From: Podarcis tiliguerta
Taxonomy: Eukaryota
Length of the DNA stretch: 64,000 nucleotides
Assembly: GCA_965153285.1 (NCBI GenBank)
Contig: OZ229123.1
Strand: one strand, 5' to 3'
A program made the translations under genes and the position numbers. Of this stretch, positions 25,193 to 38,374 are shown in pieces (within the stretch, counting starts at the first letter, position 1; the number at the start of each line of letters is the position of its first letter). The notes under the pieces were generated by a model. It made no database searches. It was not told the origin of the DNA and saw nothing but the letters and a program-made list of their open reading frames with translations.

Positions 25193-25380
25193 GGAGAAGA
25201 ATGGGGTAGCTCAGCAGCAGAACATGTGCTTTGCAAACAAAATGTTTCAATCCTAATAAGTATGTCCAGGTAGGGCTGAGAAAGACCCTTGTCTGAAACC
25301 CTAGAGAGCTGCTGCCAATCAATGTGTATTATTGAGTCAGACAATTTGGTTCACCTAGCTTGGTTTAAAGCAGCTTCCCA
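25193..25380 (+). mobile_element. Squam3-like SINE (diverged)
   Basis: tagctcag head; gggctgagaaagacccttgtctgaaaccc.agagagctgctgcca body. Confidence 0.7.
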
Positions 25381-28009
25381 GGATTCAAGATTTATACTCT
25401 AGACTTTTAATTGCATATATAAACATATTTCTCCATTAATTCTGCAGTTTCACACATAGGAAAAAACTGCATATAGTCTTCCCTTCCACTGGCACGGAAG
25501 GGAACATTCCAGCACATGGGCAGAGGAGAGTCTAAATTATTTGCTAATCATTTTAAGATTAACCACCACAAAGGAGAATTATCTCCAGCTTGTCTACAAA
25601 TAATCAGGGGTCTGCAGGGATTGAGTGTGGAGTGCCACATTCAATCATGTGTGTCGAGTCCCTACCCCCACCCACTGTCTGAAGTGGGACAGCCCAGAAA
25701 CAGGGTTGCTGTCTGAGAGAGAACTAGGCCATGCACAGCAGCCCAAATCGTATTGGGCCTCAGATAAGCTAGACCAGGGTTGCTTAAGATGCATTAAAAG
25801 CATGTTCTACGATAACTGACAGATGGGGAAGTTCAAGCCCAGGGGCCGAAAGCAGGCCTCCAGGTCTCTAGCTGGCCTTTGAAACTCTCCCCTGGTTGCA
25901 CCCTTCACAGGCCCTGCTTCCAAGCCTGAGTGTTCTTTGAATGGGTCCTTGAACTCTGATCATACCTCTTGCTTGTCTGAATAAAGGACAGAGATGGATG
26001 CATGTAAAATTTACAGGATAACCAGCTTCATATAACCAGCATGCTTTAGTCTAATTAATGCATGAAGGGTTTAATACCATAGAGTAAGCTGTCCTGCCAA
26101 GCTTATGTCACTTCCCCTTACCCTGGGCAGAAATAGGTAAACAACCCTTTGTTCCCTGCTTCCCAGTCTACTTGAGAACTCAGCATGTGAGGAGGTCTGA
26201 GCTGGTTCCTCCACCAACCTCTCGTGTTCCTATACAAATAGTTTAGTAATGTTTTACCGTTTTTTTAACTAAGCTACTTTTTACTGCCTCTGCAACTTTT
26301 CTAACTGACGTATGGAAGAACACATTATTTATTATTACCCATAAATCTCAGGGCAGGTTCCTGAGACCTTTGGTGAGTTTGTAAGTATACCAATTTAAGT
26401 TACCGAATGTGTGTTCTATGCTGGGAAACTTCAGAAGGAACTTTTAAATGGGACAGTTTTGGAACGCACCCAGAATAACATATTTTAAAGGTTTTACATC
26501 CTACAGTTTTACACTTTATTTGCCTCATATTTTATGAATTTATATCCGCTGGTTTTCTCTCACCAAAGAGTACTTGCCCCAAATTTGAATCTTGGCATTC
26601 CGGAATTCTCTTCCTTTTATATCTATTTTTCTTGAACCAATAACATTTATATTCATTCTTCCTCCCATTTTTGCCTCTGGCCTCACCCATCGCAGGCATA
26701 TGGCCCTCAGAAGGTTGCCCAAAATGGAATGTGGCTCTTGGGCTGAGAAAGATTGCTTGTTCCTGCTGTAACTTCATTTAGTACCTGGCAGCTCACAATT
26801 TTGCCTTTTAAGGGAGTGATGGCAATAGTCTATTTAAACGCTCCTCACAAGCTACTATTGACACTTGTTATTATACGGCTGTTTTTATTCTACTTCTGCA
26901 AGTGATGGACTACAGGCACACTATTCAAATGAAGTACCAGGCGCTACAGACAGCTGCCACTAGCCCCAATTTGTTTTCACTTGGCAAACACACCTATTTG
27001 TTTAATAGCATATTTGTGAGGGCTGCTCACAAATGCAGATTGTTTTTCAGGTCTTATCACTCTAGCTAGTAACAGCATAAATGGTGTCCTACAAACAAGA
27101 AAATTGCTCAGACATTAACAGTGCAAGAAAAACAATTGTCAGTTGTAAATTTCAGAGATGGAAATAAATCCACAAAAGTAGCCAGCCCCATCTACTTCTC
27201 ACACATGCGATGTTGGTGGCACAGTGGAGGCTGGAAAAGGGGAAGGATACAACCCCTTTCCAGGTAAAGCAAACTTCTTACCTGGTAGCCTGGAGGTACC
27301 TGACCACCAGCAACCAAACAAGTAGCTATTTACAAGGCTAGTATGAGAAAAAGAGCTACAGAATACACCAGTTTATAAGCTCCACATATTTTTCATGGTG
27401 ACTTACTCGGGGCATAATCATTATTCAGTAATAATGGTTGATCTACTATTTCCCTTTTTCATCTAGGTCAAGGCAACCTGACAAATCTCTGACAATACTA
27501 TCTTCCTAACAGTTACCCCTGCCCATATTAATACTGCAGGATCATGTAACATTAAAAGTTTATTGCAAAACTTAGCAATAAAAGCACAATTATGAGTAAT
27601 AGTAAATTTATACCTTTGTACTTACTCTGCAAAACTGACAAGGATTCCTCATTGCAGTATGGAACTATATTAAGTTATCTACACACACACCCTGCCATGT
27701 AATACCCCCCACCCTGCATTTGCAAGCTAAAACAATGGTATTTGGGTGTGGTTCCCAAATACTTTATTTACAGCTACTGCCAAATCCTGAGTCACTGTCT
27801 TAGTCACCAGTGGTGCTGGATTAGAATCTACTGTAAAAACTTAAAACCAAACTGCTACATGTACGGTATCTATAAACAGGAAAATCAGTTAGATTTATAA
27901 TCAAATGCCAGGTTTCTTTCCTTGATTGAAATCTTGCCACAAAACCACAACATACAAAGAAACTAGGTCCTATAGAAGGCAGCTTCTCCATAAGGAAAAA
28001 GATTCTCAC

Positions 28010-28086
28010 CTGAGTGCATAAGTATAGCCAGTGTTCTCTGGCACGCATTGGGGAGGGGTATACGTGTGAAGACGTGAAAAATCCAT
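28010..28086 (-). CDS. SUN1: SUN1 first coding exon (MDFSRLHTYTPPQCVPENTGYTYAL-S)
   Basis: Hallmark SUN1 N-terminus; ACC-ATG-G Kozak context; acceptor tttttgcag with exon start at 28106; donor AG|gtgag; in-frame TGA upstream. Confidence 0.97.
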
Positions 28087-31000
28087 GGTCACTGTTTCAA
28101 ATCATACTGCAAAAAGTTGAAAACACAGTGCTATATAACAGTTTAAAAGACAGAAAAAAGAGCTCTTGCTTGGTTCAGCCAGTACTTTAGAATACTGCAA
28201 ATAATGCTTTGGAAGAGGAGCGGAAAAGCCACTGGTATCAGAAGTAGCGTGCATTTTTAATGTGGCTGCTAATGTTAGATATCCCTTATCAAAAGTCACA
28301 TGAACCCTAAGCACTTCCTCTTCTGGACAGCTTTTTCAAAAGTCTTAGGCATGCTCTGTTCTGTTTACAAGGTTCTCTTAAATGGTGTAATAAAAAGCTA
28401 AACCCTGTCCATACCTACAGTGCTGCTTATAGTACACTTGACAGATAACTATTAAACTGTACTTTGTTGAAAAAAGCCAAGAGTTTACAACACCCACAAT
28501 AGTATTTTTTTCCATTGATACTAAACTAAATGTTTTCTAGGTATTGAGAACTGCACCAATCAAAACAGTTAAGTAAACAAAAAGTGATGTGTTTCATGTA
28601 ACAACACATTTTTCTTTTAACATTTCATTTGTGCCACTGGAATGGAAAGAGGGAGTCTGGCTCGGCTTGTGCTTTGAAAGAGACAGCCCTGTTTAGCTGG
28701 GATTGATTCAACTAATCACCTCGAAGAGAGCAAAGGCGCTTATGTACACACCCTAAAGGCTGATCCAAAATGCAATCACAAATCTAGTGCCAGATCTGTA
28801 TTCCTGGAACTTGTTTTAGCTCAGGCATTTTAAGGGAGTCACTTTGAAATGTTTAGACTGTGATCTAAAGAGCCACACAGCTAGTTTTGCTCATCCAAAG
28901 GGCCTTTGGGTATGTGTTTTTCAAGAAGCAGTCCTGAATGCAAGCTACTTTTAAAACTAAGCATTTGTAAAGTATTTTTGTATGGTTTGGAGCGCAGAAA
29001 AAAAAAAACCCCACACAGCACACTGAAGGTCTTGGATGGGCCTGCAGTAGCTCTTTGGATTCCAGTCTTATTCAAAGCATTCTTATCCCACGCTTCAGCA
29101 GAAAATGTTTCAGAGTAGTTTCCAGATCAACTAAAAAAAGAAAGAAAAACTCTAGCCTTGCCTTCAGGCTTATAGTGTAAAAGACTAAAGGAAAAAGAAA
29201 TGGGTAGGGAGGAGGGGGAAAGCTAACTCAGGGACAATTTCTTAAAGTTACAATTCTTATAGAGACCAGCTGGGGTGGAAACAGTTCAGGTGGCCTGATG
29301 GAATAATGGACTGAGGAATGATGAAATGGGGAAACCCAGACAGATGGGGAGGCTATAAATAATAAATTATTATTAAAATTATTATAACAACCCTTGCTAA
29401 GTAACAGGTGATGATGATGAAGAGCTAAAAGCAACCGGTCTCTCAGCTAAGCTGATGGAACAGCCCTGCTTCCCTTCTCTAATTCTGCTGCAGCCTGAAA
29501 GCAGGGTTTTTGAGTTTTCAGTCTTTTACAATAAGTATAAAAACTGAATGGATATTAGCTGAAGGGCTACTAGGAAACACTAAAATTTTAAACAAAACCA
29601 CAATTTAAGGTTCCAAAATGCTTAGATTTACGGAGGCAGTTCAAGTAACAGAAGCATGAAGAAATGTTCTTTCATAAGAACACAACACAAAACATTGAGC
29701 AATATTAGCTGTAAAGGCTGGTATTTTTAGACTTACTGGGCAAAAGGGTGCCTTCAAGGCTGATATAAACTAATTCACCCTGTTTTAAGATCACATCAGG
29801 CGCACAAACACTGTTCATCTGTGCTCTTATGTGTGGGGTAATAATAATAATAATAATAGCTATAATTTGGCCTTGAAGACAAAGAGGTTTATTAGAAAAT
29901 GTTCACTCCATTTGTGAAATGAGCACCTCATAGATGAAATGAAGTGCTCTGTGCTTACTGTTCTGATGGTGACAGAACAGGCTATGGCCAAACACGTACA
30001 GTAAGGTAAAAGGCCTCAGTCCAGAATTAGCATTCACACAACCACAGCTCAGTAGTGTGGAGCTGGAATGGTAAGGCGGTTCTACCAGACAAGCACACAC
30101 AGAACACAGGCAGCGCACGTGAATGTGTCCGGATTGCAATGCCTTGACGACAAAAATTAATTAGCTGTAATTGGCTTCAAAACCCAGAAGAGGATGTTGA
30201 TGCTCAGAAACACCCCAAACACCTGACCAACAGAGAACACAGAGTACGTAGGTTGGGGAACTCGTTTATAAAAGGTCTATGACAAAGTACAGAAAGTTAA
30301 TGACCTTGCAGCTAATTTTAACATTTGTGCAATTTGGCACAGTGATGTCTTCACCCTATGTGCATTAGCTGGTTTATTTACTGGCACCCACAACCCCACA
30401 AAACTCCTATTCAATGAAGTTGTCATCTGCACATGCACAACAGAGGTCTCAGATCTACACATCTCTGCTTAACTGCAGCTTACATTTACAAATCAGATGG
30501 AAGCTGGTTTGAGAGATAATGCATCAAACAGCAGTATCTCCCAGGAAACTACAAGATGCATACGGACTGCAGCTAACATCGTTTGTACAGTTTCAAATAT
30601 CAGCAGCAGGAGGGCACTGGAGCCGGAGTAAATGAGAATGTGTACACAGTCTCAGAAAAGAGTTTTATCCGAGTCCATAAGTGTACTGCATTTATACATG
30701 CAATTTCTAAAACTATGTGTGCTCTATATATACATCCAATTGTTTTATAAATGTTTTTTCTGTAATGTGAAATCGTTTTGAGATGGCTCATAGGAAACTA
30801 TTCATAAATAAATAAACAATGTCTAATAATCACCAAATTGGCACAGTTACTATCAAGTTTAATTTGCAAGATAACCAGAAGTTGAAATCAGGTTATAATT
30901 CTGGTTTCAGCCATAGGTTTGAGGGGAGTCTAAGGTTAGAGGTACCTATTGCAATGCTGGTTCAGATGCAATGTGAAACAACAGTTTCAGGAAAAAGAGG

Positions 31001-32359
31001 GAATAATAAGGGAGGGGTGTGTAAGAGAATGGGATGCTCCCAATTGCCTGACTGGCTTGGCAACTGGGCAATGCACTGTCTGAACTGGACCAGTGTAATT
31101 ACTCGTATAAAACTGCAAAGCAGTGTACCCAACAGCTAGAGATACTGGAAACAATTGAGAAACCTGGCTGTCTACAGTTCCCTCTGGGCCCAAACACAGA
31201 CTAAGAGACACTGTTACTTACCAAGCAGCATTGCATCAACAAATCTAATTTTGACCTGGCTGCTGAACAGCTGTCGTCACCCTCCTGAAACCCCACATAT
31301 GAAACCTTAGATTGCCAGGGAAAGATCTTTAACAGGCACAAACACAAGCTACGTAGTGAGCTGTGACTTGTGTTCTACAGGAACTGGACACATAGCTATT
31401 ATTTGCATACATCCTCCTTTACTCAAGTTGGAGATGAGCTGTTTAATCATTAAGATTCCTTTCCCACACAAGGCATCTGGCAACTTTCCAAGAACTAAAA
31501 CTAAATATATTTTGCTCCTTCTTCAGACTATTCTGTATAGCTACAATCACAGCGAGAACTAACGGCAAGGTTATTGGAAACTCCCACTTATAGCTAGTAT
31601 TGTCTTCAGCCTTCTGTTGCAAAAAATGCAAGTGCATACCCTGAAAATGCAATCTAGAGTAGCATTAATACTTCTGCGGAAAGGTCAGGTTTCTAGAAAA
31701 AATAGGCACTGTTCCTTGGAGGAGCAGAATGACCCTCAGCCTCATAAACAAGGGAAAGGACATTTGAAGATCTACAAATACGTAAACACAAAGAACTTGG
31801 CTATTGCCAAAGTATCTCTTTGGGAGAAGTAGATTGGGGCAAAATTTAGTGGGACAACTGTTCGGGGGTTTTTTTTACACGGAAAGCCCAACAAATTCAT
31901 ATGGAAAGTCAAATAAATGTTAGCTATGAAGGATGAGTTGGTGTGGAGCACAACCCTGTCTTCTTAAAATAAATACACTCATTCTCTATGACCAACAATG
32001 CTCTTGTGCTCTTGCCCCCAATTCATGGGGGAAATAAACATAACTCAAAACCCAGTCTTCCAGGTAAGCACTCAAATAGGTTCAGAAGGAGGGCCAGTAA
32101 GAGCTTTCAGGACTAAGGAATGGTTGCAAATGTGGCACCTGTGAACAGAACAAGAGTAGATAATGAACTTACTCCTTAATTTTATTTTTTTAAGTGAGAT
32201 GATGTGATAAGAATGAAATGTAGATGTTGACTGTTTTAATCTCTTACACTGTTAATTGCAATTATTTTTAAACTGTTTTTATTATTTAAATTTTAAATTT
32301 CAATAGTATATACATATTGTTAAGAAGCTACCCAAGAATGTTATCAAGCATTGCCATCT

Positions 32360-33790
32360 GTCTCTTAAGAGTAATGATTGCTGAGCTCTTGGTCAGCCTG
32401 TTGGAGAAGGCTAAGATGTCCTGACCAGAGGCAGAAATGGAATGGAGTGTTTCTCTCTTGGGATCTGTGGAAGGCTTTCCATGTTATTTTATAAGTCTGA
32501 GAAGCAGAGAATCTGCAGGAGGTCAGAATGGTGTTAATTGTTTTCCTCACAATCCCAGTCTTGACAGCATTGCTTTTCAGTTTTGAAGCATAAAAGCAGG
32601 ACTGATCTCAAAGGGATGGTAGATTGGGCTCTGAGAGAGAAGACTCAGTGAGATGAGGAAGGGTCAAGGGCCCAGAATCTCATATTCCATTAAGTCTGGG
32701 AATCTTGGTCAGCCATGCAGAATATTTCAGATTTCCATGTAGAAGGACTGTGTCTTGCATAGGACTTTCCCTAAAAGTAGAGAGGCAGAAAGGTATATAG
32801 GCCAAGTAGCCATGGTAGGAAAAGTGAATCTATCACTTAATATCCCTATTATTGGAATTTGGAGAAGAAATGTGCCATTTTGGGGTTCCTTTGGACATGA
32901 AGAATATATTGACAATTAAGCCCAGATTAAAAGTTATTTAATGAGTTCTAGATGATACAATCCTTGCTGAAACCAAAAGAAATTCATAGATGAGTCCACC
33001 ATAAATTTCAGCTGCCCAGCCCAAAATAGCTGATCCACTCAAAATAACTTCTAAGTGTAGAGTCTGGGTAAAAGAATGGGATCTCACACCAAAATAATTG
33101 GCAGTGGTGGCTTTGATGGCAGTGGAAAGGTCTCCCTCAGGAGGTTGTGGACTCTCCTTCCTTGGAAGTTTTAAAGCAAAGGTTGGATGGTCATCTGTCC
33201 TGGTTGCTTTAGTTGAGATTATTGTATTGCAGGGATTGGACTAGATGACCCTAGGGATCCCTTCCAACTCTACAATTCTATGATTCTATGAAAGAAGTAT
33301 CCGGATCAAATCTACCATAGGCCAGCACCATTCTTCCTATCAAGGATTCATCTTGAATTCTCCTTTTTCTGGGGAATCGCTGGCATGGGTATTAATGCAG
33401 CCATGAGGCCATCCACTGAGAGGACAGTGCAGCTATCCATCACTTCTATGGAAGAGGATAAAACGTTTTGTGATAGGTTTGGAAGCCGCAGCATCTTGTC
33501 CTCCCTTTCCTGAGCCTGTGGTCAAACAGGTGTGGGGTACGAGGCTATGAAGTTATAGAAGCCTTAAGAGTGATGTGTGAGGTGGTGCACTCTTCCCTCT
33601 CTTTCTGTCAGAGGGAAGATAGGCTGAAATGTCTGAAGAAATGCGCAAGGTGGCCTCCAAACCCGCATCTCTGTAGAAAAACTGAATAAGCACAGGAACC
33701 TCCTACACAGAAGGGATATCGAAGTTGCTGTCCCTGCCTTGGACCAGAGAAGGGCTTAAGCCAGCCCAACCTGCTCTGCTGTCCAGTGAC
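32360..33790 (-). mobile_element. Decayed DIRS1-like (tyrosine-recombinase) retrotransposon fragment, interrupted by CR1
   Basis: TINTILTSCRFSASQTYKITWKAF...SASGQDILAF resembles the DIRS pre-recombinase domain; upstream IYLSASLLLGKVLCK and PRFPDL resemble the LYAFPP..L..VL.K and W..RPWF.DL segments; outer boundary uncertain. Confidence 0.6.
33133..33291 (+). mobile_element. CR1 LINE 3' end
   Basis: ggactagatgacc...cccttccaactctacaattctatgattctatga tail. Confidence 0.85.
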
Positions 33791-33964
33791 CAATAATTAT
33801 CTGGCCACAGAGTGCACAGAGAATATTATAAATTCAAATGATCCAAGAAACATCTCAAAAAATTGTGGCCAACTCCTAAATTATTGCATAGGAGACAGTA
33901 GTCCTGTTCGTACCTCCAGTACCATATTTACTCAATGCATAGAGAGGAGACAAAACAACGAAAG

Positions 33965-34110
33965 ATAGTGTGGCATAATGGTTAGAGTGTTGGCCTCTGA
34001 CCTGGGAGACCATGGTTCGAATTCCCACTCAGCCATGAAGTTCACTGGGTGGTGACCTTGGGCCAGTCACTATCTCTTAGCTTAACCTACCTCACAGGGT
34101 TGTTGTGATG
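33965..34110 (+). mobile_element. MIR/CORE-like tRNA-derived SINE
   Basis: tggttagagtg...ggttcgaattccc head and gtgaccttgggccagtcact core. Confidence 0.7.
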
Positions 34111-37100
34111 AAATGGATGAGAACATGGCTATAGTGCAATAGCTTCATCACTCAAGTAAAAATAGCCACATTTTAAAAGGGAGGGGGATTTTCTGCTCCT
34201 CACAATGATTCCAATGTGTCTCTCTGTACTCAGCAATCTTATTGACAGAAGTCCATGGCTCAGGAGAAAACTATGCAAATTGCAAAAGGCTTCAAACTTT
34301 CACTTTTGTTTTTGAATAAGGTTCAAAAATAAGCCTTTTTTGGGGGGGTGGGGATCTCCACGTATTTTTCTTAACAGGTCTGGATGGTGGGATGGTAGTA
34401 ATCAGAAGTACAAAAAGTGGTACCTGATGTTCTGTTTAAGTAAGTTGTTGATGCAACTCACGTGCTACATTTCAAAGCTGCTATTATTCTTTTTAACAAA
34501 TTCAGAACCATGGACATCAGTTTCCTTTTGCTGCTCAATTCACAGGTTGTGATAAAGAATATGAATACATTCCACTCTAGTTTCACTTTTGATAAGGAAA
34601 AGGGATTGAAGGAGTAGGATATTAGATGTTCACAGAAAACAGGCATCTTTTAGAACTACTGGAACATATCTCTTATAAGAATACACTAGCAGCAATAATA
34701 CATCAGGCAATAACTGTCTATAAAATGGGCCTTCATTTTAGAATTAAAAGAATAGTATTACTGATCAAACAATAAACAAAACATCCATAGTGCTGGTCTA
34801 AAAATCAAGACCTGCTATTCGTAAGCATTTTAAAAACAACATGGTTACTTATGAGCTATAATATGCTAACTATGTATATTCCAAATGCCTCCTCAAAACA
34901 AACTGAGCTATGAACTCTCTTTTCAGTGCAGTACATTAAATTATGGTTAATGCAGCCAATAACAAATAGCTTTCACCTTCAGATTTTAAGAACTTTGCTG
35001 CTGCTGCTTCAGCAGTTTACAAGCTAATCTAACTATAGTATTTCATTTTAGTCACTGAAAACTCATTCCCAAAAATCTGAATTATCTTACAGGGAATATC
35101 TAACATTTTGCAGCCTCTTTCATGTACCTCCCCACATTAAAATTTAAAAAGAACAGGCTGAAAAGCAAAGAGCTTCAAGCAAAACTAAATACAGATTTAG
35201 GACAAAAGACAGTGTTTCAGAAATATGTATCAATCACATGTTTAAAAAACCCCAGGTATTCTGACATACAAATCTGATCATCTATAATATATTGCACTTG
35301 GTGCAAGCTTTGACTGTATTATTACTTAGACTGTGGCTGTCAAAGGAGAGCACATATTACAACACTGTAAATATTTTTAAAAAGAATTACAGAGGAACAT
35401 ACATAGCTAAATTGCAGTTAACAGGACACGGAATTTATAAAAATACTGAGCATTTTCTACATGCTTCAGACAACATGAGTTGAGTGTTTTCACTTTACAA
35501 GCTAGTAACCCTGAAAACCAGGAATGATTGAAAAATCCAACTCAACTTGTTCTGTACAATAACTCAGTCAGATCTCAAATTACAGTACTAAGAAACAAAT
35601 TGCAAAACAAGGCTCACTAAAGCAGAACAAGCAAGCAACTCGATGCTTTGGCACAGCTAAAAACAAACTCAAGTTGCCAAGTTACGCTCTAGATCTATCA
35701 GACCTACACAACTGATCAGAAAACAGCAGCAGAGGTACACCTTCAAACCTGGATCTTTTCAAAATGCAGCATCATTCATCCCACAGAGAAGGAAGGAAGA
35801 ATACTTTAATTCAGCATTGTGTTCCAGGACGGGGCGATCTCCTGCCCAATAACTCAAAAGAAGTTTGTGAGTTGACAGCGCATTCTTTCTGTTCCACACT
35901 GCAGAATCCCAAAATGGCTTCCCAGCGTCAACAAAGCCTGAAGGATCAGACGAATCTAATCCAGCCTCTTAAAGCTTCCATTGTCACTCAGAGGCAGACT
36001 TTGAATTTATTGGACAAAGCTACTTCAGCCAGCCCACAATATTTAACCACTTAATTTCCTTCAAGGATGTACATACTGAAAACCTTTTCCCAGTGTTTTA
36101 TTTATAGTTACAGGTTTCCATGGCACTTTCATTCTCACCTTTAATTAGCTCTTTAGCAAGGAGAAGCTACAATACTGCACAGAAGATCCCCCCAACATGC
36201 TTTTGTTGTTTTCCTAGGCAACCTGCAATGTTCTGTTTCCACAACATGCTTCCATTTAGCAAAAGGAAGGCAGGGAGGGGGCGGGATCAGGCTCTTCCCT
36301 GCTTTTAAAAAATACGCTCTGGAGACCTATGAGCAAGAACTCCATTAAACCTGTGCTAGCAAAATTGATACTTTAATAAAAAATAATTGCAAGGAGGCAA
36401 GCACAGTTATTCAAATGCTAAACAACGTTCTTTTGTGGGGGGGACGACCTTTGCCTATGTAAATTATCTGCACAGCTCTAGCACTTTCATCATATGCAAA
36501 GCAAAATTTGAATGTCAGGAGCATTTTCCTTATTCTTTGGAACTTAACTTAAAAACCTTTTCCTACCTCAATAAGAGCTGGCCTTAGAGGAAATATTAAA
36601 ATGTCCCACATCATGCAAGGCTAGAGCTTTTGAAATCTGGCAACACGAGTTTATTCATCCCACCTAGCACTGTCCAGAGCCTTCATCTCCATCTTAGAGA
36701 TCGTCAGCTTTCACAGTGCTTAGGTATGCAGCTCCGCACTCCCCTCTCTGCCTCTCATTGCTGCCACCTGTTGCTCACCCACATGCATGCCATACCTAAT
36801 CAAAAGGGTGGCAGTACTCCCCCCCCCCACTATTGCTACAGTGATCCCTTGCTCTTCCTTCCCTCCCTCAAGGTTCCCATAACCTTGTCAAAGGAAGCCT
36901 CTCTGAAAACCTCCAACAGATAAAACAAAATTGGCAGCTCATCCAATGGCTCATTCATGCTCATTCTTAACCCTGACATACAGAAGCAGTTGTCTGGGGC
37001 TGCATGAGACCATGACATTATTTGAATATGCAGGATGCACTCTAGTGAACCCCAAGGACTAATCAATACTCAAATAGGGCACAAGGTTTGGTGCATTAAA

Positions 37101-37724
37101 CTGGCAGGATGGTGAAGCCAATACACACCCGAGGAGGGGCCAAAGAGAGGCTTGGCCCTCCCCTGATTATAGCACATGCCTCCTCAGACTTACACATATC
37201 AAAAATGCCAGGAGCAGTTGTTTTAAAGCTTTCTAGCTTCAAGGAATCTGTTTAGCATCAACTAGCCCACCAAAAGACCCAAGTACTTTGTGGTGTGCTC
37301 TAGCCACACAGTCATTTCAGAGAGGGTGCCACCCAAGTTTGTTGGGCTCACCTCACCAAATCACCATTAACACATGTGTATTAGAAGTAGACATCTAATA
37401 CTCCCCTACAGCTGCAGATTTCTGGGAAAGATTGGCAGCACCAAGCAAAATATCTTTCACGTAAGCTACTAAATCTATTATTTTGTAGTACATGATAATG
37501 AGGTGATATAGTAAACCAGTTCAATGAATTCTTCAATAAATCAACTTGGAAAACAGAATAATAAGAGTGAGTTTATGAGTAGTGCCTGCATATCTATATC
37601 ATATAGCAATATATGTTGCATCTCTCATCCATGTGATGTTTCATTTGTAAATTTAATAAAATCATGCCATACAGTGTAAAAGTCACCATTTTCTTTCTCT
37701 CCCCTTTCCACCTTCAATTTTGGT

Positions 37725-37816
37725 CATAGATGCTTCAGTTGAGATTCGTGCATAGCAGTGGGTTAGATTAGATGACCCTCAGGGTCCCTTTCAACTCTAC
37801 AATTCTACGATTCTAT
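37725..37816 (+). mobile_element. CR1 3' end fragment
   Basis: gatgaccctcagggtccctttcaactctacaattcta tail. Confidence 0.75.
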
Positions 37817-38210
37817 AACATCATTGCCATAGTTAGAACATTTCCAGGTATAGTTTGGAATTCTAGTGCCTACATCCCCCTACAGGGGTGGAGGACCCAT
37901 TTAGATGGTCTGCTCCCTGATCCCAGCCCAGAGACCAATGGAATATGATGAACTGCTTAATGTTCTTGGGAATTTCCCAGTGGATGGGGCAGGCATTCAT
38001 GTGAAAGGTCCTAGTCTTGCTATAGAATGGCAAGATAAGATGGGCAATTGAAAGTTTAGCAATCTAGTTTTCTCTCCAGTGCTATGTAGTCTGTTCAGCA
38101 ACTTGGTACTTCAAGTAATTATGGATGATAAAAACAGGCTAGACAACAACTAGAACCCAGGTCTTTGTTACAAAGGCAGTTGAGCACTGGTTAGAGTACA
38201 CAATCATGCC

Positions 38211-38374
38211 TAACCTGAAACTGTTCTTAACCCAAGGTACCACTTTAGCTAGTGGGGCCTCCCGCTGCCGTGAAATTTCTGTTCTCATCCTGAAGCAAAG
38301 TTCTTAACCCGAGGTATTATTTCTGGGTTAGCGGAGTCTGTAAAGTGAAGCGTCAGTAACCCGAGGTACCACTG
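38211..38374. mobile_element. Truncated copy of the Tc1/mariner MITE at 9323
   Basis: Near-identical to the right two-thirds of 9323-9548, including the right TIR and TA. Confidence 0.8.

Noticed and set aside
26100-27000. FOX/SOX/E-box-like motifs suggesting an enhancer
   Set aside because: Short motifs at chance frequency; no conservation data available
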